In this document: positions 56,291-64,000 of the stretch, piece after piece
Numbering within the stretch: the stretch's first letter is position 1
How the letters are laid out: every line of letters starts with the position of its first letter
Virus record (IMG/VR): IMGVR_UViG_3300020172_001601
Coordinates: 248,001-312,000 of that record
Direction: 5' to 3' (one strand)
DNA: 64,000 bases
The notes under the pieces: generated by a model
Databases searched by the model: none
Seen by the model: only the letters and a program-made list of their open reading frames with translations
What the model was told of the DNA's origin: nothing
Translations under genes and position numbers: made by a program

Positions 56291-57133
56291 GCTTCTCTTT
56301 GCTAATTCAGAAATGAAGTGTGCGCTTTCGGTCGGAGAGTTCTCAGCCAACACTTCAAATGGATCACCGAACGATACGAAGTCTGGTGCTGCATATTGGA
56401 ACATTGTCTTATTGAAGACAGGCGGCAACCCATGCTCATAATGAACAAATGGCGAATTGCTGCTATCCAGCATGGTCATAGTCAGAGTGTAGTCTCCTCT
56501 TAGCAATAGTTGTCCTACAAAATCTGATAGGTTCATAGCCCAGGCCAAAGTAGCTGTATGTTCCCATATTGGTTGTTTGTTTAGCAATTGTTGAAGTGCC
56601 AATTTCTCAGCTAACACAATAGCTCTATCGAAAAAGTCTTCTGGTATTTTGTTGAATACCATGATGGGTCCAAGTGGAATCCATGCCGTTTCATAGTCAG
56701 CCCTATTTTTGTTTGTTACTTCCCAAAATGGACCAACTGCTTCTTCTGCCGATTCCAGCGTGAAGAATGGCGATGGAGAGAATACAACTTCTGAAAATTC
56801 AGATTGTAGCTGGATGTCGAGTTTGTTTTTCAAAACAACATCTGTTGGGATATAAGCAAAAGGCTGAGTGATCCACTTGCTATGGACGGCCCAGGCGAGG
56901 TCATAGAGAGCGTTAAGTCCTTTATAACCTCTGATCTTGCCTATGTTTTCGTGGCCTTGAATTCTTTGATGTGTAGCGATATTGCGCCAAAACAAAGGAT
57001 GTGTTGGCGCATCAGACTCGGCTAGGCAAACCAGCAGGTCTTTTTCGCAATTATGATATTTGAAGCTCTCGATCAAGAGTTCAAGTTGCCATTGTTGATA
57101 TGGCGTGTTTTCGGCGCTTACTAAGTAGTCCAT
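56276..57133 (-). CDS. Putative glycosyltransferase (resembles plant peptide O-glycosyltransferase N-terminus)
   Basis: YQQWQ..LL..SF start; PTD in the DxD position; HYEHG. Confidence 0.4.
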   Translation of the reverse strand: MDYLVSAENTPYQQWQLELLIESFKYHNCEKDLLVCLAESDAPTHPLFWRNIATHQRIQGHENIGKIRGYKGLNALYDLAWAVHSKWITQPFAYIPTDVVLKNKLDIQLQSEFSEVVFSPSPFFTLESAEEAVGPFWEVTNKNRADYETAWIPLGPIMVFNKIPEDFFDRAIVLAEKLALQQLLNKQPIWEHTATLAWAMNLSDFVGQLLLRGDYTLTMTMLDSSNSPFVHYEHGLPPVFNKTMFQYAAPDFVSFGDPFEVLAENSPTESAHFISELAKRSLAAR

Positions 57134-57145
57134 ACTTTGAAAGAG

Positions 57146-57517
57146 TTATTTGTACCGAATTTTATTGCACTTGGTCGTTTCATTTACTGTCGTCAAGTAG
57201 CATTGTTCATAAACCCGATAAACTTCACTATAGGCAACGCCCCAGGAGGCGTCGTGAGATCGCTTCTCGAATTCATGCCAATCTAAAGAGTCATGCAAAT
57301 GATTCCAGGCAATGGCGTGCGCCCATTCATGCAATAGCGTATCAATAGCCGAAGACTCAGATATGTCTCGGTTAATACGAATGAAGAATCTCTTTTTGCC
57401 AAGACTGCAATCACCATCTAATCCAACCATCTTTACCCGGCGAACACTTACGGGAAAAGCAGCAGGGCATTTTTTCTTTAATATGCACACCAAATGTTTA
57501 TAGGCTCGATAATCCAT
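57146..57517 (-). CDS. HExxH metallopeptidase-like protein
   Basis: TLLHEWAHA...H...W. Confidence 0.7.
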   Translation of the reverse strand: MDYRAYKHLVCILKKKCPAAFPVSVRRVKMVGLDGDCSLGKKRFFIRINRDISESSAIDTLLHEWAHAIAWNHLHDSLDWHEFEKRSHDASWGVAYSEVYRVYEQCYLTTVNETTKCNKIRYK

Positions 57518-57599
57518 TTTCGTCCCCCAATGCCAATGAAAAAACCCATGAGTAAGCCGGGCGGCTCGCTCATGGGTATATACTGGCAGGGAGGGCTAA

Positions 57600-58202
57600 T
57601 TAAATATCGTGTTTTTCACCAGTTAAAACGTCGTGAATAACGATTCTCTCCAAATGAGTGAATTTAGCCTTCCAACGCTTCGCCAAGGTGAAAAATGCAC
57701 TGGTATGTTCAGGCCGATCTTCCCAAATCTCCAGCACCGTAAGTCCTTCGTGCATAAGGTCTTCGGTGATAAAGTTCGACTTGATCTCCAGCGTATCCCT
57801 TCCTTTTTGACCGGGTTGCCCCCTGAAATAGTGGCCGTGGAAGATCAGGTCAAAATGTTCACAGATCGCAATAACTCGCTTGCGATTCTTGAACGGACGA
57901 CCTGTCATAAGGACGAGTTCGGTTTCGTCGTCCTTAAAATCTTTCCGATATGCAGTGATGGTATCTGCAATCAGCCACTCTTCTCCTGGCTTTTCCGGGA
58001 CGATAGGTGGCGACAGAGATTCCAATCGACCCCACCATCCAGGGAACGGCAGCGTATTCCCGGTAGCTTCCAGGTACGCAAGTTCCCCAGCTTCTCGGTC
58101 GGGAGAATTGAACAGGGTTCCGTCGAAGTCGTAAATAACCAACCGCTTTTTACGGTTGCGGGGCTTCGGGAGCCATTTTTCGAGGGTTTGTTGCTTGCTC
58201 AT
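57600..58202 (-). CDS. HAD phosphatase (Swiss-Army-knife RNA-repair type)
   Basis: DFDGTLF.SP, MTGR, K, WEDR motifs. Confidence 0.8.
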   Translation of the reverse strand: MSKQQTLEKWLPKPRNRKKRLVIYDFDGTLFNSPDREAGELAYLEATGNTLPFPGWWGRLESLSPPIVPEKPGEEWLIADTITAYRKDFKDDETELVLMTGRPFKNRKRVIAICEHFDLIFHGHYFRGQPGQKGRDTLEIKSNFITEDLMHEGLTVLEIWEDRPEHTSAFFTLAKRWKAKFTHLERIVIHDVLTGEKHDI

Positions 58203-58297
58203 GATATACCTTGCCTACAGATTTCAAGAATATATCTTACCACAAAATATCCGGTCTGTAAAGCACAAAGGCCAGCTTTTGCTGGCCTTTGCTTTGA

Positions 58298-59914
58298 TTA
58301 TTCGTCGTCTTCTGGTGATGGAGAACCTGAAGGAGCGGCGGGTTTGCCGCCACCACTCTTCAGCTTGTTCAGACTGTCCTTCCAACGCTGAGTTGAAAGA
58401 TTTCGTTTGACGGAATCGAACTCGCTGCCTTGTGGCGCACGTCCCAGGAACTTCGTATATTCTGGGTTGACGGTTCTTTTGCCATCAGCACCCTGCGAAT
58501 ATGGTGTCAAATCTTTGTCGTCATGAGCTAAGAAGTTATCGACTTCTGGACCGTGAGCTTTGGCCATCTGCATCCATTCACGAATCTTGCTCTTGGTCAA
58601 ACCTGTGTGTGCAGATTTCATGTCATAGAAGTCTTTAGGGTCGAACTTGTTCTTGGCTCCCCACTGATACAGCTTAACCAAATAAGCAATATCTCCAGAC
58701 TCTTGCTTGGACCAACCGCCACCAGTCAACATTTTCTTGACATCTTCTGGATCGTTATTGCGAAGAACCCAGGCCGGAGCCAACCAACGGTCGCCTCGGA
58801 AGTCTTCTGGCATTTGTTCTGGGTCAAAGTCAACACCTGGGAAAACACTATTGAGCAAACCAGTATTCTGGAATGCCTTCATGTATTTGCGAGGATCGCT
58901 ATCTGGATGTTCCAGACCGCTAAGGAATTCCTTACGAACTGTGTCCTTATCGACGCCATTCATGTCTTTGTGACGGGAGATAGATGCTTGATACTTTTCA
59001 GGAATCTTGTCGGAATTGCCATATCGTGTGACCATCTTCATATATCGCAGAGCGGTAGATGGGTCTTCTGACATGCGGGATTCCAGGTCGTCGCCAACAG
59101 CCTTAACTTCACCATTCTTCAAATGGTGAGCGCCACCGTGCGGGTCGATCAAGTCGCTATTGTCACCGTCCGCAGTCGTCAGCGGGATGTATAGTGAGTT
59201 AATCGTAAAGTCACGATTGGCTGAATCTTCTTCCACGGATGCGGCTGATTCACCCTTGTCAGGCTGAACTCGGCGGCTCTTAGAAGACTTAGAAAGGGTG
59301 GCAATAGAGAATTGTTCGCCGTTGATTTCGGCGGTTACTTCCAATTCTTTGCCTTGTTTGTCCCAGCGAGAAGCGTAGAAAATCTTGTTCTTAGTGCCTG
59401 GAGATGGAAGTTTTGCATATCTCTCGTCGCTGGCGTAGTCTCCTTCACGGGGCTTCGTTTCGGAAAACTGCGTTTCTAGCTGAGTCAGAATCATACGCAT
59501 TTCACTTGGCGTAGCATCTGTAACCAGATCGTAGTTACGAGGGGTCTTGCCCTTCAAATGGTCACGAACGGCACCACCTGTGAGGTACAATACCTTCTTT
59601 TTGAGGTTTGGCTCAACTTCACCCTTGGACTTATCAATCGTGGTGTAGCCTACTCCCACGTTCTGGGAGTCGGCAAATGCCTTGATAAGCACTCTAAGGT
59701 TAGGGTGCGTGGTTTTATTGATGGTAAACGGTGCGAATTCCTTGGAGCCTTCCTTCTTCTGCAATTTAATGCGTGAAGTGATGTTTCCGGCTCCTGGTTG
59801 ACCGCTACTACCGCTACTACCGCTGCCACCATTTCCACCGCTGGCCTCGCCTTCACTTGGCTTGGCTCCGGTTTCTTCTCTTAACTGAAAGTAACTTGCG
59901 AATAACTTTTTCAT
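58298..59914 (-). CDS. tRNA nucleotidyltransferase / poly(A) polymerase family protein
   Basis: GGAVRDHL, (N)YDLVTDA, RDFTINSL, EDP..ALR; first catalytic Asp appears to be Asn. Confidence 0.85.
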   Translation of the reverse strand: MKKLFASYFQLREETGAKPSEGEASGGNGGSGSSGSSGQPGAGNITSRIKLQKKEGSKEFAPFTINKTTHPNLRVLIKAFADSQNVGVGYTTIDKSKGEVEPNLKKKVLYLTGGAVRDHLKGKTPRNYDLVTDATPSEMRMILTQLETQFSETKPREGDYASDERYAKLPSPGTKNKIFYASRWDKQGKELEVTAEINGEQFSIATLSKSSKSRRVQPDKGESAASVEEDSANRDFTINSLYIPLTTADGDNSDLIDPHGGAHHLKNGEVKAVGDDLESRMSEDPSTALRYMKMVTRYGNSDKIPEKYQASISRHKDMNGVDKDTVRKEFLSGLEHPDSDPRKYMKAFQNTGLLNSVFPGVDFDPEQMPEDFRGDRWLAPAWVLRNNDPEDVKKMLTGGGWSKQESGDIAYLVKLYQWGAKNKFDPKDFYDMKSAHTGLTKSKIREWMQMAKAHGPEVDNFLAHDDKDLTPYSQGADGKRTVNPEYTKFLGRAPQGSEFDSVKRNLSTQRWKDSLNKLKSGGGKPAAPSGSPSPEDDE

Positions 59915-59989
59915 GTATCCTTCCCGGCTGATAATGAGACGACTGGTTTATTTACTCTTGTGGAGTGATATTTTTGCGTTTTATCAGAG

Positions 59990-60487
59990 TTAGTTTGGTG
60001 GTGCTTGTAATCCCAACTTGTAAAGAATGTAGCCCGCAATACACATAAGGGCTACTTTCCATACGGCATCGAATATTTGAGTCCACCTGTGATCGTGATG
60101 CCCGATCCTCATTTGAATGGTTTCGGCCTTGACTTCAAGGTTGTGGACTTTGGTTCTTAGTTCAATCAACTCTTTTTGAGGATCGTCGCTAACAATAATA
60201 GCAACCTTCTCACTAAGAGAGTGTAGGCTTTCCTGAACGCCATTGAAGTCTTTTGACTCTACAGCAGACAATCGAGTAAGGGTGCTATGTTGTAGTTCCA
60301 AAAGTTTTTCAATTTGTACATCAAGTTCTTTTTGTCGTTCAATTAGCATTTTGACCCGTTCATCAATCCTTGACGTTAATTCAAAGAGCATTTGGATTGA
60401 TTCGGAGACTTGTCCAAAGAACTGTTCTGTCAGGGCAGCGTCTTTAACAGTCTTAGATGTTGGCGGCATATTTTTCCATTTCTCCAT
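59990..60487 (-). CDS. Coiled-coil protein with C-terminal TM
   Basis: Heptad pattern, hydrophobic C-terminus. Confidence 0.65.
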   Translation of the reverse strand: MEKWKNMPPTSKTVKDAALTEQFFGQVSESIQMLFELTSRIDERVKMLIERQKELDVQIEKLLELQHSTLTRLSAVESKDFNGVQESLHSLSEKVAIIVSDDPQKELIELRTKVHNLEVKAETIQMRIGHHDHRWTQIFDAVWKVALMCIAGYILYKLGLQAPPN

Positions 60488-60510
60488 TTCCTGCCCTATA
60501 TATTTACGCT

Positions 60511-61059
60511 ATGACGAATAAACCCAAAGTCGAAGAAAAACAGGAACCAGCAGTCACTCTGGAAGAAATCCCAGAGCAAACTGACGATAATTCTTTATGC
60601 GAACAAACCGATGAATTCTCTGAAGATGATCTCGATTTGCCACAAATGAATGTCACCATGCCTGCCCAACAGGGGTCCGACGCCTCAGCCTTAATTACCG
60701 ACTCTCAGTATCTAGGAGTGTTGGATGAAATCATGAACAATATCCGGGAAGACCGGAAACAAGTTAGTGATTACATTGACAACATAGCCGATATGGTCAT
60801 CAATGATGGTGATGCGACGACTTCCAGCAAGGAAGCCTTGGTCAATTTTGTAAAAATCAAAACTGACCTTCAGGACAAGATGCTAAAAGCTGCGGATTTG
60901 ATGACAAGGTTGAAGCTAAAGAATACATATGCGTATTCTGGTCCCCACTTAAATGCTATGCAGCAAAACAATTTCAATATTGGTGGCGGGGATTCGACGG
61001 ATTTCAGCCGTAAGGAACTGATCCGAGCTATCAATCATGCAAAGAAGAAAAAGGATTAA
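60511..61059 (+). CDS. Hypothetical protein
   Basis: Acidic N-terminus, helical core. Confidence 0.65.
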   Translation: MTNKPKVEEKQEPAVTLEEIPEQTDDNSLCEQTDEFSEDDLDLPQMNVTMPAQQGSDASALITDSQYLGVLDEIMNNIREDRKQVSDYIDNIADMVINDGDATTSSKEALVNFVKIKTDLQDKMLKAADLMTRLKLKNTYAYSGPHLNAMQQNNFNIGGGDSTDFSRKELIRAINHAKKKKD

Positions 61060-61062
61060 ACA

Positions 61063-62367
61063 ATGTCAAACCATGCACTAGAAGAATGGCTGATCGAAGA
61101 TGCCGGAAATGTTGCTGGCGGTCCTCCAATGGCTGGCGGTGGCCCTCTTGGTGGAAACCCTGGTGCCGCTCCGGGAGCAGGTGCGCCTAATGATCCCAAT
61201 GTTGCCAACCCAGCACCGCCAGACAGCGATCCTGAGCCACAGCAGCAGCAAAACTCAATGCCGGACATCACTCACGATCCCGCTACTCCAGATATGCCTG
61301 AGCAGATGGACGAGCAAGACTTCGAGCAATGGAAGGACTCATTCTTCAAAGAAACAGTCAAAGGCGATGTCAACAAATTGGTAGACATGATTAGTCAAGT
61401 CCGTGATTTAGACTTGGATGCCTATCCCCGCAAATTCGTAGAAGACAATCTTCAAGTATGCTTTTTGCGACAGCACGCCAATGTGGATAAGGCGTCCAAA
61501 GAAATCAGGAAGTTGGTAAAAGACGATCTCGATCAGAACAATCCTTCTGTATCTTTGGTTAACCACATTATCAACACACTAGGAGCCATGCCTGAACTCA
61601 ATAACGTCTTCATTAAGCTGAAGGGCTTATTGGGCATGAAGGGCGATCTCCACCGCAAGTTCATTACTGGCATCATTGGCGGCGTTCAGGTTGGAACAGG
61701 CGGCAATAACGAAGATGTGGTCTACAACGAAAAGGACTACTCGATTCGTTTGTCCACTCGATATAACGACAAGTGGGGCAAAGTCGATATTGGCAAGTGG
61801 AGTCTGCGAGAAGACGATCCAGAGCGATACCTGACTGAGCCGGAACAACGACGTTTGGAAGAAGGCAGTCCAGAAGAAAAGGATGTACTTCGTCGTCGAG
61901 TGGTATTGGAAAGTATTGCCGAAACATTCAAGAAACGTGGCTTCTTGGTTAATGTTGTTGGACAAGACGGAACCATTTATACACTTGGATGGGATTTGGC
62001 TGGCAGTTTGAAGGGTGCTTATACAGACGGCAAGTTGGTTGTCCGCACCATTCAAAGCGACAATAGCGAGGCCATGATTGACGATCAGGGTGCCATCATT
62101 CCTTATGTGGACATCAAGATCAAGTATGTCAAAGAAGCTGGCGGTGTTGATGACCAAGGCAAACCAGCCAAAGAAGAACACGATTTCATGGAACGCATTG
62201 ATGGGATGCTGTTTTTGACGGCTCAGTTCAATATTATCCGTGAGGCATCAACTTCATTCCCTGGCATCGTATTGAAAGAAACACCATACACAGGCAATCC
62301 TAGCGACCTGAGAGTTCTTCAGCGTTGCGTGCCGAATGCCCCTGAAATTCTAATGAGGCAATGCTAA
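61063..62367 (+). CDS. Hypothetical protein (possible virion protein)
   Basis: 434 aa; LEEWLIE N-terminus, G/P linker. Confidence 0.7.
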   Translation: MSNHALEEWLIEDAGNVAGGPPMAGGGPLGGNPGAAPGAGAPNDPNVANPAPPDSDPEPQQQQNSMPDITHDPATPDMPEQMDEQDFEQWKDSFFKETVKGDVNKLVDMISQVRDLDLDAYPRKFVEDNLQVCFLRQHANVDKASKEIRKLVKDDLDQNNPSVSLVNHIINTLGAMPELNNVFIKLKGLLGMKGDLHRKFITGIIGGVQVGTGGNNEDVVYNEKDYSIRLSTRYNDKWGKVDIGKWSLREDDPERYLTEPEQRRLEEGSPEEKDVLRRRVVLESIAETFKKRGFLVNVVGQDGTIYTLGWDLAGSLKGAYTDGKLVVRTIQSDNSEAMIDDQGAIIPYVDIKIKYVKEAGGVDDQGKPAKEEHDFMERIDGMLFLTAQFNIIREASTSFPGIVLKETPYTGNPSDLRVLQRCVPNAPEILMRQC

Positions 62368-62849
62368 TGGCTATTCAATTTCTTGAATTCGTTGACCGTA
62401 AGCAGCGTGAGGGCAAAAAGCATCTCAAGTTGATCGAGCGTCTTCTGCGTAAGGGCGGGATGCAAGTCTATGCTCACCTAGAAGACGAAGAACAGCCCTA
62501 TGTCTTTGTCAAGGCTCCTAATGAGAAGTTGAGCTTTGATGGAATTCGTGTTTACGAAATTGGCGAAATGATTGCCTATCGTATTCAGAAGGAAGAGAAG
62601 ACCCACCCGTTTGGTAAGGCTTATATGTTAGACATTGAAGATATGTTTAACGATTTCATGTCTGAGAACATGGAAGAGGAAGAAGCAGGACAGAAAGTCA
62701 TTGAAAGCGTGGTTGAAGAACTGAAGAAGTTCTTTACCAAGAGTGGTAAGGCAGAGCAAGAGATGCGAGATAGCGGGGCAGATGGCAGTGGTTTGATTAT
62801 CAAGACAGGCGGCAACGATTATGCAAGCTCAGTCTTAAACCGTGCCTAA
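62361..62849 (+). CDS. Hypothetical protein
   Basis: Coupled ORF. Confidence 0.65.
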   Translation: MLMAIQFLEFVDRKQREGKKHLKLIERLLRKGGMQVYAHLEDEEQPYVFVKAPNEKLSFDGIRVYEIGEMIAYRIQKEEKTHPFGKAYMLDIEDMFNDFMSENMEEEEAGQKVIESVVEELKKFFTKSGKAEQEMRDSGADGSGLIIKTGGNDYASSVLNRA

Positions 62850-62890
62850 TTTGCATATATAAGGTGTCTCTTTACCACATGGAGGTTTCA

Positions 62891-63097
62891 ATGGACGACA
62901 ATAACGAAGTACAGAAACAAGACGTGCAAATTGATGAGACGAGCCTCATCGCTCTCATCCTAGCTTTCTTTCTGCCACCTTTGGGTGTAGCGTTGAAGGA
63001 TGGGCTGGGCAGTAGCTTTATCATCAACTGCCTGTTGACCCTGCTAGGGTTTTTCCCAGGCATCATTCACGCTCTGTTCGTGATCTTGAGAAAGTAA
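62891..63097 (+). CDS. YqaE/Pmp3 family small membrane protein
   Basis: ILAFFLPPLGV...INCLLTLLGFFPGIIHAL. Confidence 0.9.
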   Translation: MDDNNEVQKQDVQIDETSLIALILAFFLPPLGVALKDGLGSSFIINCLLTLLGFFPGIIHALFVILRK

Positions 63098-63101
63098 ACG
63101 A

Positions 63102-63132
63102 GAAGGCCCCGGAGAAATCCGGGGCCTTTTTT
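63102..63132. terminator. Terminator between convergent genes
   Basis: aaggccccgga/tccggggcctt with T-run. Confidence 0.8.
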
Positions 63133-63730
63133 ATTCGTCATCAATCCCATTGTGATATTTGAACATGAAGTCATTTTTGACTTTAGCAACCAGATATGGT
63201 GGCAAGTTCAATAATCTTTGAGCCTCATCCAATTCTGCTTCAGTCCAGCACTTATCCAGGATGAATTGTTTGAGATTAGGGTTGGAAAGCACTGTCCGAA
63301 TAAATTCGACCTCGACAAGAAATTCTTCATGTCGATTTTTTGGATAGTTGGCAAAGGGATCGGCAGGAGCCACGGCAACTTGTTGCGTTGACACCGGCTG
63401 TTCGACTCGTGGGTTATTTGTATTTTCGTTGATTCGAGAGGTTGGCAATCCTTTTCCACATGCCCAGCAGTGGCTTGGCGAGGATGAACCACCGTCACCA
63501 ATGCGAATCCGTGAATTACAGTACGGACAAGCCGTATGATTTGGGAGTTCGTAAGAGTCTCCCCAAAAAAGCGAGAGAGGGTTCAAATATTTGTTCACGA
63601 CAAAATCGAGAGCAGCAAGATTAGCCCAGATTCCACGAAATCGCCGCCCACAATTGCATGTGAAGATGTCGTAACGGCTTTCAGCGCCAATATCCACTCG
63701 GCTTTGACAAGACGGACAGATGAGTTTCAT
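63131..63730 (-). CDS. Zinc-ribbon protein
   Basis: CPSC, CNC, CPYC, CWAC. Confidence 0.65.
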   Translation of the reverse strand: MKLICPSCQSRVDIGAESRYDIFTCNCGRRFRGIWANLAALDFVVNKYLNPLSLFWGDSYELPNHTACPYCNSRIRIGDGGSSSPSHCWACGKGLPTSRINENTNNPRVEQPVSTQQVAVAPADPFANYPKNRHEEFLVEVEFIRTVLSNPNLKQFILDKCWTEAELDEAQRLLNLPPYLVAKVKNDFMFKYHNGIDDE

Positions 63731-63817
63731 GGAAGTCTTTCAAAAAATGGAGGAGTACCCGTCCTCACATTTATATTGTACCGTGGAAATACCCGGTTGT
63801 AAAGCCTAAATATCTGC

Positions 63818-64000
63818 ATGGCGATACCTTTTCAAGATGCGGTGCTTCCCAGCGGTCTGTCGGCTCCTTCCACGGTCAACCCTACAGTGGGCCGAGGCAG
63901 TCTCGTAACCTTCAGCTACCTATTCCACAAACCGGGCCACGATGCGGCTCCTTTGGTGCTGGTGACAGATGTTTGGGGCAAGTACATTCGGGGTATTAAC
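63818..64000 (+). CDS. Partial ORF, possibly T4 gp2-like DNA end protector
   Basis: ...F.Y...D..PLVL...GIN; preceded by CTAAATA; runs off the window. Confidence 0.35.
   Translation, partial: MAIPFQDAVLPSGLSAPSTVNPTVGRGSLVTFSYLFHKPGHDAAPLVLVTDVWGKYIRGIN

Noticed and set aside
1-64000. Alternative genetic code (TAG readthrough), as in some jumbo phages
   Set aside because: Recognisable genes are full length in code 11, and TAG ends genes cleanly before new RBS/start signals.

Overview
This 64 kb window looks like part of a large (jumbo-type) tailed phage genome. It has dense small ORFs, a T4 gp17-like terminase ATPase domain, TyrRS, a CCA/poly(A) nucleotidyltransferase, RNA-repair enzymes and a K+ channel. 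Cys-rich secreted proteins hint at a Planctomycetota host (inference). The dominant feature is a ~28 kb co-oriented array (17.2-45.15 kb) of about 60 small units. Each unit is opened by the same motif, consensus TAGGTC(C/T)A(G/T)TGTACCCT-N6-Y|R. I counted about 61 copies on + by eye, plus two inverted copies closing the right end. The motif's first TAG is the stop codon of the preceding gene in about half of the units. The motif behaves like a promoter: TACCCT fits a -10 element, a Y|R step lies 7 nt downstream, and two ATGs sit exactly at +1. Three copies also form 12-7-12 inverted 'full sites' like tyrosine-recombinase targets, and whole terminator/motif/leader modules are duplicated in front of unrelated genes. 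Cargo includes a solo RuvB, a permuted GHKL ATPase, a divergent ECF-like sigma factor with a candidate promoter class (TTGAACC-N14-CTCTCT), two thioredoxins, acidic proteins, two tRNA-like RNAs with large structured anticodon-arm inserts, and several other structured ncRNA candidates. A sharp strand-composition switch at about 17 kb marks a candidate origin or genome end. All counts and alignments were made by eye; no database searches were run.
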